DNA from: a virus
Direction: 5' to 3' (one strand)
Virus record (IMG/VR): IMGVR_UViG_3300050034_000187
Location: 71,866 to 135,865 of that record
DNA length: 64,000 nt
The notes beneath the pieces are model-generated. The model was not told where the DNA came from. It worked only from the letters and a program-made list of their open reading frames with translations, and did no database searches. Numbering within the stretch: the first letter of the stretch is position 1; each line of letters starts with the position of its first letter. Shown here in pieces: positions 9,892 to 19,097 of the stretch. A program made the translations under genes and the position numbers.

Positions 9892-10341
9892 ATGTCTAAT
9901 TATAGTAGTATTTCAGATGAATATTTAAACTTTAGCAAACAATATGTCGGTTTTGATCGACTATTTGAACCATTCCACGTAAAAACTCTTCCAATTAAAT
10001 ATCCTCCAATTAATCAATTGTGGGAAGATGAAAATACCTATGCAATCGAACTCGCTGTGGCAGGTTTCAAGCGATCTGATCTGGATATTTTTGTGGAAGA
10101 TGATATCTTGACCATCCGAACCGCTCAAGTAGAAAAGAAAAAGACCGAAGATGAAGTTCAAGGCAAATTTCCTCAGTATATTTCGCAAGGAATTGCGAAG
10201 CGGGATTTCAATTTGACATTCAAGCTTCATCCTTATGTGACGGTAGCATCTGCTACATTGAACGATGGTATTCTACATGTTTCAATGAAGTATGTTGTTC
10301 CAGATGAAAAGAAGCCAAAGAAGATTGACATTCTTGGTTAA
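9892..10341 (+). CDS. small heat-shock protein (IbpA/Hsp20)
   Basis: GFDRLF, YPP.N, IELAVAGF, GIAKRDF, A.LNDGIL, PKKIDI; RBS AAGGAG. Confidence 0.92.
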   Translation: MSNYSSISDEYLNFSKQYVGFDRLFEPFHVKTLPIKYPPINQLWEDENTYAIELAVAGFKRSDLDIFVEDDILTIRTAQVEKKKTEDEVQGKFPQYISQGIAKRDFNLTFKLHPYVTVASATLNDGILHVSMKYVVPDEKKPKKIDILG

Positions 10342-10350
10342 CTTTGATAT

Positions 10351-10382
10351 AATAATGGAGGGGAATATTCCCCTCCATTATT
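10351..10382. terminator. 32-bp perfect palindrome, likely terminator
   Basis: AATAATGGAGGGGAATATTCCCCTCCATTATT. Confidence 0.7.
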
Positions 10383-10398
10383 TGTAAGAAAGGATATT

Positions 10399-10713
10399 AT
10401 GGAAAATAAAACGGATACGCAGGTTATTGAACGAGTAAAAATTGATACCAGTATTGAGCCGCCATCGAAATATTCTGTGGTGTATATTAATGATAATACT
10501 ACGACTGTTGAATTTGTGGTAGAATCTCTTATTACCTTTTTTGGATATACTGAATTGGATTCATTGAATATGGCAGAAACTATCAATGATAAAGGCGAAG
10601 CTATCGCAGCCACTCATCAATCAGAAGAATATGCGCAATATCTATCTAATATTGTCATGCAAGCTGCTCGATCTATGAATTATCCTCTTGTTGTAGAAGT
10701 CAGAGAAGAATAG
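10399..10713 (+). CDS. clpS: ClpS N-degron adaptor
   Basis: EPPSKYSVVYINDNTTTVEFVVESL; YPL at the C-terminus. Confidence 0.88.
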   Translation: MENKTDTQVIERVKIDTSIEPPSKYSVVYINDNTTTVEFVVESLITFFGYTELDSLNMAETINDKGEAIAATHQSEEYAQYLSNIVMQAARSMNYPLVVEVREE

Positions 10714-10750
10714 TTTTGACTTTTGCTTGTAAAGATGCTATTATCTTTAC

Positions 10751-11458
10751 ATGAATATTTCTGCACATATCGTTTGGGCTTCGATTGTCGCTGCACAGCG
10801 TATTAATCATGAATATATTTCTACCAAAAATAGCTGTTATGGCTCCAACTGCATACCCGTTGGCGTAATCGAAACACTTCTTTCTGGAAAATGGTTGCCG
10901 GGACTTTCTAAATATTCAAATTTACAGATTTTCAAGCAGTTCTGCCAGAATACTAAGTATTTGCTTGATGCTGATTATGCCAAAGGTAGCATGCTCCGAG
11001 AATGGGCTGCAAATACTTTCATGGTGGATATTCTAAATGATTCTGAATCAGAATATGCTAATCATTGTTTTCAAGCATCACAAAAAGAAAGTTTTGACAT
11101 TGGATGGCATTCTTCTGATATTAAACTAATATATTCAATTGTATATTTGCAAGAATCCTATGAAAGAGAACAGGCAAGAAATTCTTTTAATAAGCTTGAA
11201 GAAACTTGCGAAAAGTTTCCGCAAGAGGTTGGATATCGAGTTAAAAATGCTATAATGAAAGTGGCATACTGCATTTATTTGAAAACAACTGATTCATATC
11301 TGATAATTTTGCAAATGGATAATTATCTATTTTCTACATTTCAACGTACTGCATTACCCATCAATACGTTGTTAACTATTAGTGGAACAATTAAAAAGTT
11401 CCGGGGAAAGCAAGCTTCTCTGAACCGAGTTAAGATTGATTGGAATAAGGAGTATTGA
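10751..11458 (+). CDS. hypothetical protein, possible C-terminal OB fold
   Basis: promoter TTGACT-17-TATTAT at 10717; ends GTIKK...LNRVK. Confidence 0.5.
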   Translation: MNISAHIVWASIVAAQRINHEYISTKNSCYGSNCIPVGVIETLLSGKWLPGLSKYSNLQIFKQFCQNTKYLLDADYAKGSMLREWAANTFMVDILNDSESEYANHCFQASQKESFDIGWHSSDIKLIYSIVYLQESYEREQARNSFNKLEETCEKFPQEVGYRVKNAIMKVAYCIYLKTTDSYLIILQMDNYLFSTFQRTALPINTLLTISGTIKKFRGKQASLNRVKIDWNKEY

Positions 11459-11460
11459 AA

Positions 11461-12513
11461 ATGACTAAGATTCAAGACATTATGGATTATAAAAAATTGA
11501 ACGAATTGATTAAAGATGGTTATATTTCTAAGAATGATCATCCTTCTTTCCCATTATCAATTCTTAATTATACTCCGACTGCTCAGTATGATCCAAAATT
11601 AGAATGGGGCAAGGAATTAAACTTTTCGCGAGGATTGATTTATAATAATATTACCAATGAAGTAATTTCTCTTCCTTATGCAAAATTTTGGAATATTGAT
11701 ACCGAAGCTCATCCAGAAACTCTTCAAAAGAATCTTCCTACAGATACCCCCCTGATTTTGGACAAAGCGGATGGTTCTTTGGCTATTTTTTATGAGTGGG
11801 ATGGTAGTATTTATATTGCTACTCGCGGATCTTTTGTTTCGGATCAAGCAAACTGGGCAAATAATTGGATTAAGAAAAATCATACGAATCTAATAATTCC
11901 TTCTGGATATACTCTTCTTGGAGAAATTATCTATAAGGAAAACAAGATTGTTGTTGATTATCCTTGGGAAGGAGTAATTATTCATGGCATGATGAATAAT
12001 GAAACTTCCAAGGAAATATTTCGAATTGATCTAGAAAAGTTCTGTGCAGAGCAAAATCTCTCTATTGTTGATAAGTTTACTGATAAGAATTTAGCTACTT
12101 GCCTTGCAGAGGATATCAAGAATCGGGAGGGATATGTTCTTACTTATGCCAACGGTTTAAAAATTAAGGCAAAGTTTGCAACGTACTTTAAACTTCATAA
12201 GTTACTTACTAACTTGAATGAGAATGATATTATTGATTTAATGCAGGTTGGTAATTTCAAACAATTGCTTGAATGGCAAAGTGATCATACTTTACCAGAA
12301 TCATTTCGTACTATGCTGAAAAGTAAACTGGATGAATATAATCAAAAGTATGAGGACTGCTTCCAAACAGTTTCGGAGATTTATTACAATCGTCCTACTA
12401 CGTTAGATCGAAAAGAAATTGCGGAATACTTTTCGCAATTTCCCGATTATAAGTCAATATTGTTTTCGATGTACGATCAAAATAATCGGGTATGGGCGAA
12501 AATTCGCAGTTAA
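11461..12513 (+). CDS. T4 Rnl1-like RNA ligase
   Basis: RGLI, KFWN, motif I KADGS, ATRGSF, GEII, EGYV, KIK. Confidence 0.88.
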   Translation: MTKIQDIMDYKKLNELIKDGYISKNDHPSFPLSILNYTPTAQYDPKLEWGKELNFSRGLIYNNITNEVISLPYAKFWNIDTEAHPETLQKNLPTDTPLILDKADGSLAIFYEWDGSIYIATRGSFVSDQANWANNWIKKNHTNLIIPSGYTLLGEIIYKENKIVVDYPWEGVIIHGMMNNETSKEIFRIDLEKFCAEQNLSIVDKFTDKNLATCLAEDIKNREGYVLTYANGLKIKAKFATYFKLHKLLTNLNENDIIDLMQVGNFKQLLEWQSDHTLPESFRTMLKSKLDEYNQKYEDCFQTVSEIYYNRPTTLDRKEIAEYFSQFPDYKSILFSMYDQNNRVWAKIRS

Positions 12514-12923
12514 ACGCTGTATAAACATTGATAATAGATTGTGTCGGCAGTTTGTGGCGCTTTTGTAAATGTGATATTACTACCTGATATGGTGTAGCCG
12601 ACCCCGGGAATAAGGGGATAGTTACACCATACTATTAAAGTATCTTCAAAAGGAACCACCGGCAATGTAAAAATTTTATTTGTTCCATTTTTAGTTCCTG
12701 ATGGGGTTCCTGCTGAGGGGGCGGTGGAGGCCAAGGTAGAGGTAAACGAAGTAGCAGTATAGATTTCTGTGTTCCCCTCAGTGGGAGCGCCTTCTGTGTA
12801 AGTTCCATTACCAATAAATAGTCGCTGAACATCAACGGCCCATCCCATTTCTCCCTTATCTAATATAGGAAGATGCTCATATATTCCAGATCGAACTTTA
12901 ATTCTTGATGTTTGCTTAATCAA
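12510..12923 (-). CDS. virion structural protein with Mtd_N-like N-terminus and a beta-repeat domain
   Basis: RIKVRSG..LP.LDKGEMGWAVD..RLFIGNG; TAAATA upstream. Confidence 0.65.
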   Translation of the reverse strand: MIKQTSRIKVRSGIYEHLPILDKGEMGWAVDVQRLFIGNGTYTEGAPTEGNTEIYTATSFTSTLASTAPSAGTPSGTKNGTNKIFTLPVVPFEDTLIVWCNYPLIPGVGYTISGSNITFTKAPQTADTIYYQCLYSV

Positions 12924-12963
12924 TGGTGAATCCTCTGTTATATTTATCTTTTTAAGGAGAGAT

Positions 12964-13242
12964 ATGAAATATTCTGAAACAAATGATGCGGTGAAGATTG
13001 GGGATTATGTTCGCATGTATTATAAGAACCTAAATGGATTGGCAATTATAGGAAAAATTGTTAATGGAAAAATTGTTAATAATGCACATGATGCTTATGA
13101 TAGTATTATTCCCGATAGCCTTGTTGCTGAAGTATTGCAAACTACATCAGATATACTTCGTTATGCTAAATATGTAACTTTAAATGATACCATGGTTAAA
13201 TTATCTAATGAAGAATTGATGCAATTTCTAATGGAGCAATAA
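12964..13242 (+). CDS. C-terminal-tag family protein (LSNEELMQFLMEQ)
   Basis: RBS AAGGAG; VKIGD motif; tag. Confidence 0.75.
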   Translation: MKYSETNDAVKIGDYVRMYYKNLNGLAIIGKIVNGKIVNNAHDAYDSIIPDSLVAEVLQTTSDILRYAKYVTLNDTMVKLSNEELMQFLMEQ

Positions 13243-13461
13243 ATGGAAAAAGATAGATATTTCATATACAATCCATTTAATACTGGATATTTGCATGCGG
13301 GATTGGTAGAGAATACTGAACAAAAAATGAATGGTATTATAGTTAATTTTAGAAGTATTGGAAGTTCTGTAATTAGCTCAGTTTTTATATATTATGATGA
13401 TTTTAAAAATTATTCTATAATATCGGAAGAAGAATATTTACAATATATTATGGAACAGTAA
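13243..13461 (+). CDS. C-terminal-tag family protein (ISEEEYLQYIMEQ)
   Basis: coupled start; tag. Confidence 0.75.
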   Translation: MEKDRYFIYNPFNTGYLHAGLVENTEQKMNGIIVNFRSIGSSVISSVFIYYDDFKNYSIISEEEYLQYIMEQ

Positions 13462-13462
13462 T

Positions 13463-13673
13463 ATGAAATTAAAAGTTGGTGTCTGGTTTATTAGTGATAA
13501 TTCATTTGTTCTGCTTGGGGGGACCATATTATGAAATAGTTAAAAACATTATTCGTAATAAGATAGAAGTTAGTGATGGAAATATTAGATCGTTTAATTG
13601 TGGATCAAATATCGAAAATAATATGATAAAGGATTCATATGAAGAAGTTATGCAATTGATGATGGAGAGTTGA
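13463..13673 (+). pseudogene. frameshifted tag-family gene
   Basis: MKLKVG start (like paralog 14464) is out of frame with the tag SYEEVMQLMMES; G6 run at 13517-13522. Confidence 0.65.
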
Positions 13674-13699
13674 CAATGGCGTGATTAATGTGATATCAT
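13670..13699 (+). promoter_or_regulatory. promoter upstream of the tRNA-like gene
   Basis: TTGACA-18-TATCAT with extended TG. Confidence 0.6.
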
Positions 13700-13722
13700 A
13701 AGAATAGTTAAAATAATAAAAA

Positions 13723-13801
13723 GATCCCGTATCGGTCTTACCTCCTAAGTAAGTTCACCGTAATTGGAAAGATGTGCGTTCGAGTCGCACCGGGATCACC
13801 A
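13723..13801 (+). tRNA. atypical tRNA-Arg(CCT) lacking a canonical D-arm
   Basis: acceptor stem GATCCCG/CGGGATC + ACCA; T-arm GTGCG-TTCGAGT-CGCAC; anticodon arm CTTAC-CTCCTAA-GTAAG. Confidence 0.8.
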
Positions 13802-13825
13802 ACCATATATAATGCAGGAGATTTA

Positions 13826-14203
13826 ATGAAGTTAGATACAAAACTATATTCATATGTAGGAACTTCTACCGATTTTTTTGGAGTAAGTAAACTAAGATTT
13901 GCAAACGAAGTTGAAGGAAGAAAAGCAATTCTTGCACAAGATGGTCATCAAAATATTGTATTCATTGAACTCCCTTCACCAATGACAAAACAAGATGCCG
14001 TTCAATGGTTAATTGATATTAAACCACCGGAAATTAATCAAGAGGTAATTGATCAAAAAATTAATTATATTAATAAAATCATAAAGAGAGAATCTCATTT
14101 AGGAAAACGCGGGCGACCCAGACTTCCGAGAGATAGCAACGGTAAGATAATTAGAAATCACTACGATGTTCATTATACGGAGAATCCAGATGAAATTTCT
14201 TGA
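13826..14203 (+). CDS. hypothetical protein with AT-hook-like KRGRPR
   Basis: RBS GGAG; KLRFAN...DGH...IELP.PMTK. Confidence 0.6.
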   Translation: MKLDTKLYSYVGTSTDFFGVSKLRFANEVEGRKAILAQDGHQNIVFIELPSPMTKQDAVQWLIDIKPPEINQEVIDQKINYINKIIKRESHLGKRGRPRLPRDSNGKIIRNHYDVHYTENPDEIS

Positions 14204-14462
14204 TAAAAATAATAAAGAATTACTAATTGGGAGTTATATTGTATGGACTCCTGTTAAAAATCCGTATGGAGCAGTATATGGACCAATAAGAAAATTTTTC
14301 AAATATCCTACATGAAGTAATAATGTATATGAAATAATATTTGCTAATACTAGAGGTTCTACTGCGGTGGTTGAAGGGGCGCTGGCTAACGATGGTATTC
14401 ATTTTTCTGCTATAGAAAAAATTTCAAAAGAATATTATATGCAGTTAATGATGGGGGCATGA
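14190..14462 (+). pseudogene. tag-family gene with a single in-frame TGA
   Basis: MKFLDKNNKELLIGS...YPT*SNN...ISKEYYMQLMMGA; TGA at 14313-14315. Confidence 0.7.
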
Positions 14463-14463
14463 T

Positions 14464-14670
14464 ATGAAACTTAAAGTGGGGGATTGCTTCATAAGTAGAG
14501 GAACTTCGCCAAGTTATTTGTTATATTATGGCAAAATTAAAGCGATATCAAATGACTATTATTTTTCAGAAAATGAACACACTGATCCTTTTACAAAAGA
14601 TTCTCCTATTTGTAAGAATGCAAAAATCATATCAGAAGAAGAATATATTCAATTAATAATGGAGCAATAA
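14464..14670 (+). CDS. C-terminal-tag family protein (ISEEEYIQLIMEQ)
   Basis: LKVGD motif; tag. Confidence 0.75.
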   Translation: MKLKVGDCFISRGTSPSYLLYYGKIKAISNDYYFSENEHTDPFTKDSPICKNAKIISEEEYIQLIMEQ

Positions 14671-14673
14671 AAT

Positions 14674-15342
14674 ATGGCATCATTTGAAATAGTACCGGCA
14701 AGTTATAAAATCATACATCCCGAGAGATTGGCAACTGCATTAGAAGATATTGAATATGCAGCCAGAATCTCCCATAAATCTGAACGCAAAGAAGACTGGA
14801 CCCCGGAAGATACTAAAAACTTTGTTAAGAAATGGGTTATTGGAAGTGGGCATTGGGCTTGTGGAGAGTTTGGCCCAGATTTAACTGTTGAATTTGTTTT
14901 TGATATTGGTGCTGGAAGAGAAGCACTTCGTCATAGACATATTTCTCCACTTCAACAAAGTACTAGGTATGTTAATTATGGAAAGAAGGGTGCAACTGTT
15001 ATTAAACCAGCGCCGCAATATCTTCCAAATAATTCATATCAAATTTGGTTTGACACAATTGAGCATAGTATAGTAGGATATAATAAGTTACTAAATGAAG
15101 GAGTTAAACCAGAATTTGCTAGATCAGTTCTTCCATTAGCTTTAACTGCACCAGCAATTATTAAAGCTAATTTAAGAGAATGGCACCAAATCTTTTTAAT
15201 GAGAACTTCAACTGCTGCCCATCCTCAAATTAGAGACGTTATGATTCCTCTACTTGAAGAAGTCAAAAAGTTAGTTCCCATTGTATTTGATGATGTTGAA
15301 CCTAATACATCTGAAACAATTAATAACCGCAAAACTCGATAG
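14674..15342 (+). CDS. thyX: FAD-dependent thymidylate synthase
   Basis: GH, RHR..S..QQSTRYVNY, ARSVLP, NLREW, AHPQIR. Confidence 0.92.
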   Translation: MASFEIVPASYKIIHPERLATALEDIEYAARISHKSERKEDWTPEDTKNFVKKWVIGSGHWACGEFGPDLTVEFVFDIGAGREALRHRHISPLQQSTRYVNYGKKGATVIKPAPQYLPNNSYQIWFDTIEHSIVGYNKLLNEGVKPEFARSVLPLALTAPAIIKANLREWHQIFLMRTSTAAHPQIRDVMIPLLEEVKKLVPIVFDDVEPNTSETINNRKTR

Positions 15343-15357
15343 TTATAAAGGAAAACA

Positions 15358-15960
15358 ATGAATCTTATTCCAATGGTAGTAGAGAAAACCCGTGATGGTG
15401 AACGTTCTTATGACATTTATAGCCGTCTTCTAAAAGATCGTATTATTATGCTGAACGGAGCAGTGACACAGGAAAGTGCGTCGGTTGTTGTCGCACAATT
15501 ACTTTATCTTAATAGTCTCGATGCGGCAGCACCTATTAATTTTTATATTGATTCAGAAGGAGGAAGTTGTAGTAGTGGTATTTCTATATATGATACTAGT
15601 CAATATATTTCTAATCCAGTTTCAACTGTTTGCATTGGTATGTGTGCATCCATGGGAGCGTTCCTTTTATGTTGTGCAGGAACACCCGGTATGCGATATT
15701 CATTACCAAATGCAAGAATTCTCATTCACGAACCCAGAATGATGGGTGGAGGAATTTCGGGAACAGCAACAGATATGGATATTGAAATGAAAGAAATGCT
15801 GGTGGTTCGAGAAAAGTTGGCTTCTATTATGGCAAAGCATACTAATCATACTGTAGAAGAAATCAATTCCGCCACCAAACGGGATCTTTGGCTATCTCCA
15901 GAAGAAGCAAAAGAATTTAATCTTATTGATAAGATTATTACTTCGCAGAATGATCTATAA
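15358..15960 (+). CDS. clpP: ClpP protease subunit
   Basis: [16 protein letters not shown]; catalytic CASMG (S), IHEP (H), RDLW (D). Confidence 0.95.
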   Translation: MNLIPMVVEKTRDGERSYDIYSRLLKDRIIMLNGAVTQESASVVVAQLLYLNSLDAAAPINFYIDSEGGSCSSGISIYDTSQYISNPVSTVCIGMCASMGAFLLCCAGTPGMRYSLPNARILIHEPRMMGGGISGTATDMDIEMKEMLVVREKLASIMAKHTNHTVEEINSATKRDLWLSPEEAKEFNLIDKIITSQNDL

Positions 15961-16285
15961 TTAAAATTGCTGGCAGGTGCTCTCCAATTGCCAGAGAAGG
16001 TGGATGTTAATTACATCGCGACCTTCATTGTTTTACTTATAGGAGCAATAATGTCATTTTTCTATCTATACTTATATGCATCAATTATGTATGCTTTTCT
16101 ATTGTTAAAATATCATAATACTGAAGTTGGATTTGTTGGAGATCTTATATATGATTCACTTAAAAAGGATCTTCCTCATCAGTCCGATGAACAACTCCAA
16201 AAAGAAACATCTATTCTTTTATCAATTGGTGTTATGTTACAATCTTTGATTTGGCCATTTTTAATTGTTCAGGATAAATAGTTTT

Positions 16286-16885
16286 ATGCAAACTCTCACA
16301 GAAGCAGAAGAATTAAAGAAATTAGTTGCTATCCTAGAAGATCGAATTGATGATCCGAATGTTAGCTATGAAGATGTAACCACCGGAAAAACAAATAAAG
16401 TTATTGCAAATTTACATTCTTATAAGAGCGCCACTTACACCAAGCTTGCTCAAAAGTTAGAACAAATCGAGCAATTAGAAAAGGATATTAAACAGATCAA
16501 GGAAGACGTAAAGCAAGGTACTCGCGAAGATGTGGCAGATTTATTTGATGCTGAAGATGCTACAAAAACCAGAGTTATTGACACCATATCATTTATTTTC
16601 CAGCTTACTAAAGATCCTGAACCAACCACTACTTATAAGTGGGCAGCAATTATTAAAGAATTGGAAAAGAGCCTTACTCCTCAATTGATTGAAGTGTTAA
16701 GTGAATTGAAAAAGAAGTATCAATCTGAAACTCAAAAATCTCCTGCACTTTCTTATAAAAAGAAAGAAGTAACCGAATCATTTGTTGGTAATACCTTTAA
16801 TAAATTGAAATCAATTATTGAAAGATGGGCTATTAGATATGATTCTCAATTGGGTAAATTGAAAGCGGAAGCTGATTTGGCATAA
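16286..16885 (+). CDS. coiled-coil hypothetical late protein
   Basis: ATAAATA just upstream of the ATG; followed by a terminator. Confidence 0.55.
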   Translation: MQTLTEAEELKKLVAILEDRIDDPNVSYEDVTTGKTNKVIANLHSYKSATYTKLAQKLEQIEQLEKDIKQIKEDVKQGTREDVADLFDAEDATKTRVIDTISFIFQLTKDPEPTTTYKWAAIIKELEKSLTPQLIEVLSELKKKYQSETQKSPALSYKKKEVTESFVGNTFNKLKSIIERWAIRYDSQLGKLKAEADLA

Positions 16886-16905
16886 GATAAATAAAAGCAC
16901 GAAGA

Positions 16906-16938
16906 GGAAGCCATCTTTCGGGATGGTTTCTTTATTTT
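16906..16938 (+). terminator. intrinsic terminator with UUCG loop
   Basis: GAAGCCATCT-TTCG-GGATGGTTTC followed by a T-rich tract. Confidence 0.7.
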
Positions 16939-16948
16939 AGGAGAACTT

Positions 16949-17236
16949 ATGCTTACATCAAAAATTAATACAATTGAAGAACATTTAGATAAAGTTGGAA
17001 GTAGATTTTTATTGGCAACATTAACCATGATTCGCACCAACCAGCTAATCAAGGGAGCAAGGCCAAGTAAGGGACTACCAAGAGAATTGGATCAACATTA
17101 TCAGGGCGAAATTACCCACGAAACTTTACCAAAGGTGGCATTAGAAGAAATTAGATTGGGAAAGTTAAAATGGGAACGGAAGGAATCTGCATTTATAGAA
17201 AAACCTTCCAATAACATTATATTTGAAGGAAAATAA
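16949..17236 (+). CDS. rpoZ: RNA polymerase omega subunit-like protein
   Basis: IEEHLDKVGSRFLLATL..IRTNQL..GARP and VALEEIRLGKL match the omega pattern. Confidence 0.7.
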   Translation: MLTSKINTIEEHLDKVGSRFLLATLTMIRTNQLIKGARPSKGLPRELDQHYQGEITHETLPKVALEEIRLGKLKWERKESAFIEKPSNNIIFEGK

Positions 17237-17237
17237 T

Positions 17238-17837
17238 ATGATACGTTTTATCGGCGATATCCACGGAAAGAAAAAAGAATACTTGGAATTACTTCCAAAT
17301 GAATATCCGAGTATACAACTTGGCGATTATGGAATGGGCTTTTCTGGTTTAAAATCTCCGGTTGATTTAATTCTTCCATCGAATGCATATTTTATTCGAG
17401 GGAACCACGACAATCCGGAAGTATGTAAACGGCATCCCAATTATCTTGGAGATTTTGGATGTAAGGAAATAGATGGAAGAAAAATATTCTTTGTATCTGG
17501 TGCATGGTCCATTGATTGGATGTATCGAAGAGAAGGAATTTCATGGTGGCCCAATGAAGAATTATCACCATCTGAAATGAATGTGGTTTATGATATGTAT
17601 TGCGACGAAAAACCAGAGTTGGTAATTTCGCATGATGCACCCAAAGAAATTTGTACTCAGTTACTTCCATGGGGCGGGAAACTTCATGGTAATGCAACCG
17701 AAACTTTATTCAGTGCAATGTTTGCAGAATGGAAACCAAAGAATTGGGTTTTTGGTCATTGGCATACTACTCAGCAAATTACTTTATCCGGGACTGATTT
17801 TCAATGTTTGGATGAGCTTGATTATCTTGACTTTTGA
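17238..17837 (+). CDS. calcineurin-like metallophosphoesterase
   Basis: GDIHG, LGDYG, RGNHD, ISHDAP, FGHWH. Confidence 0.9.
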   Translation: MIRFIGDIHGKKKEYLELLPNEYPSIQLGDYGMGFSGLKSPVDLILPSNAYFIRGNHDNPEVCKRHPNYLGDFGCKEIDGRKIFFVSGAWSIDWMYRREGISWWPNEELSPSEMNVVYDMYCDEKPELVISHDAPKEICTQLLPWGGKLHGNATETLFSAMFAEWKPKNWVFGHWHTTQQITLSGTDFQCLDELDYLDF

Positions 17838-17873
17838 TCAATAAGCTGCTATCATATTTGAAGTGAGGTAAAT

Positions 17874-18035
17874 ATGGCAAAACAAAAGAAATTCGATGTG
17901 GTAGCAGCAGTCAAGGATGCGGCAAGATTCCATATAGGCCAGCCCAAACCTTCGGAAATCATTGTTCCAAGGAAAGATAAACCGCTTCGCTATAAGAAGA
18001 ATTGGCTGAAAAATCCAGATCAGGAGGAAGATTAG
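17874..18035 (+). CDS. small basic protein (53 aa, not in the ORF track)
   Basis: promoter TTGACT-17-TATCAT at 17828, RBS GAGGT; MAKQKKFDVVAAVKDAARFHIGQPKP... Confidence 0.65.
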   Translation: MAKQKKFDVVAAVKDAARFHIGQPKPSEIIVPRKDKPLRYKKNWLKNPDQEED

Positions 18036-18036
18036 T

Positions 18037-18807
18037 ATGAAGGTTGCGGTATCATGTTTCAATCCATCCCACGCTTATATTGATGAATTTCCAGATTTAT
18101 TTATCAAACAGTGGTTTGGGTATAATCAAAATAATTTAAATGGAGAATATGCTGGGTGGTATAACAGTCATAATGCAAAACCAGAATTGCCGAAATGCCC
18201 TTGCAAATGTTATGATAATATACGGTATATTTTGGTTAGGAATGTGACTGATGATATGCATTTTATTCAGGTAAAAGTTCCGAATATTAGTACAAGTCAT
18301 TGGTCAATGGCTGGAAAAACGATTTCTTCCTTGCAGAATTCTGCTATCCAAGCTATTAAAAATAATGGATTTGAATATAATAAAATGCAGAATGATGATT
18401 GGGCACAATTTAAATCAGAGGATGATAAAACCATTATTTGGATTAATTATGGTGGAAAAGATTATAAGAGAGTATTCACAGAAATTACCATTTTAACCAA
18501 TAATGATAATCAGCAAGTAATTCTTGATTTAAAAAAGATTTATGATGATTATCAAGCGAATCGAATTCCAATTAAGAAAGTAATACCAACTTATTGGACT
18601 GATCAGCTTGGAAATGTTGCAACAGTTGGAACGTGGATTATGTGTGTTGCTTCTGGGCATGATCGAATGAATGTGGCGGTAGTTTCAAGATTTACTGAGA
18701 AAACCATGTTTGCAAAAATTAATGGTCATGAAGTTTCGATATCATGGGACAAATGCTTTATGGTGTTGCCGCCAGAGGATGCTTTACAATTTACAATGGA
18801 GCAATAG
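18037..18807 (+). CDS. larger protein ending in a tag-family domain (LPPEDALQFTMEQ)
   Basis: C-terminal DQLGNVATVG... module plus tag. Confidence 0.65.
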   Translation: MKVAVSCFNPSHAYIDEFPDLFIKQWFGYNQNNLNGEYAGWYNSHNAKPELPKCPCKCYDNIRYILVRNVTDDMHFIQVKVPNISTSHWSMAGKTISSLQNSAIQAIKNNGFEYNKMQNDDWAQFKSEDDKTIIWINYGGKDYKRVFTEITILTNNDNQQVILDLKKIYDDYQANRIPIKKVIPTYWTDQLGNVATVGTWIMCVASGHDRMNVAVVSRFTEKTMFAKINGHEVSISWDKCFMVLPPEDALQFTMEQ

Positions 18808-18815
18808 GGGGAAAT

Positions 18816-19055
18816 ATGAGTTGGATTGACGAGGTTAAGAATGAACGGATTGCAGGAGCAGGAAATCATGCAATTATTTTGTCATCAGAAGATAATCCAA
18901 CTATGGTAGAAATCTATGATGGGGCCGGAAAAAGAATTGTAGTAAAAAATGTATCAGAAGCAAAAGCCCAAAAATTGATTGAGGTTTGGAATAATCTAGT
19001 TGATTCTGGGGAAAATCCAAATAAAATTAATTTAAAATGGATCTTTTCTGATTGA
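18816..19055 (+). CDS. hypothetical protein
   Basis: RBS GGGGG, operon context. Confidence 0.55.
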   Translation: MSWIDEVKNERIAGAGNHAIILSSEDNPTMVEIYDGAGKRIVVKNVSEAKAQKLIEVWNNLVDSGENPNKINLKWIFSD

Positions 19056-19097
19056 CATTTCCACGAAGTGTGCTATTCTTATTAAGAAAGGAAATAT

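Noticed and set aside
12510-12923. Diversity-generating retroelement suggested by the Mtd_N-like domain
   Set aside because: No reverse transcriptase and no TR/VR pair differing at adenines seen in the window
13772-13825. 5' extension of ORF 13772 (MCVRVAPGSP)
   Set aside because: It overlaps the tRNA T-arm and acceptor stem; the RBS supports the ATG at 13826
14313-14315. Stop-codon reassignment (TGA or TAG readthrough) in this phage
   Set aside because: Long conserved genes are intact in code 11 and both TGA and TAG end genes normally; a single internal TGA is better explained as a lesion
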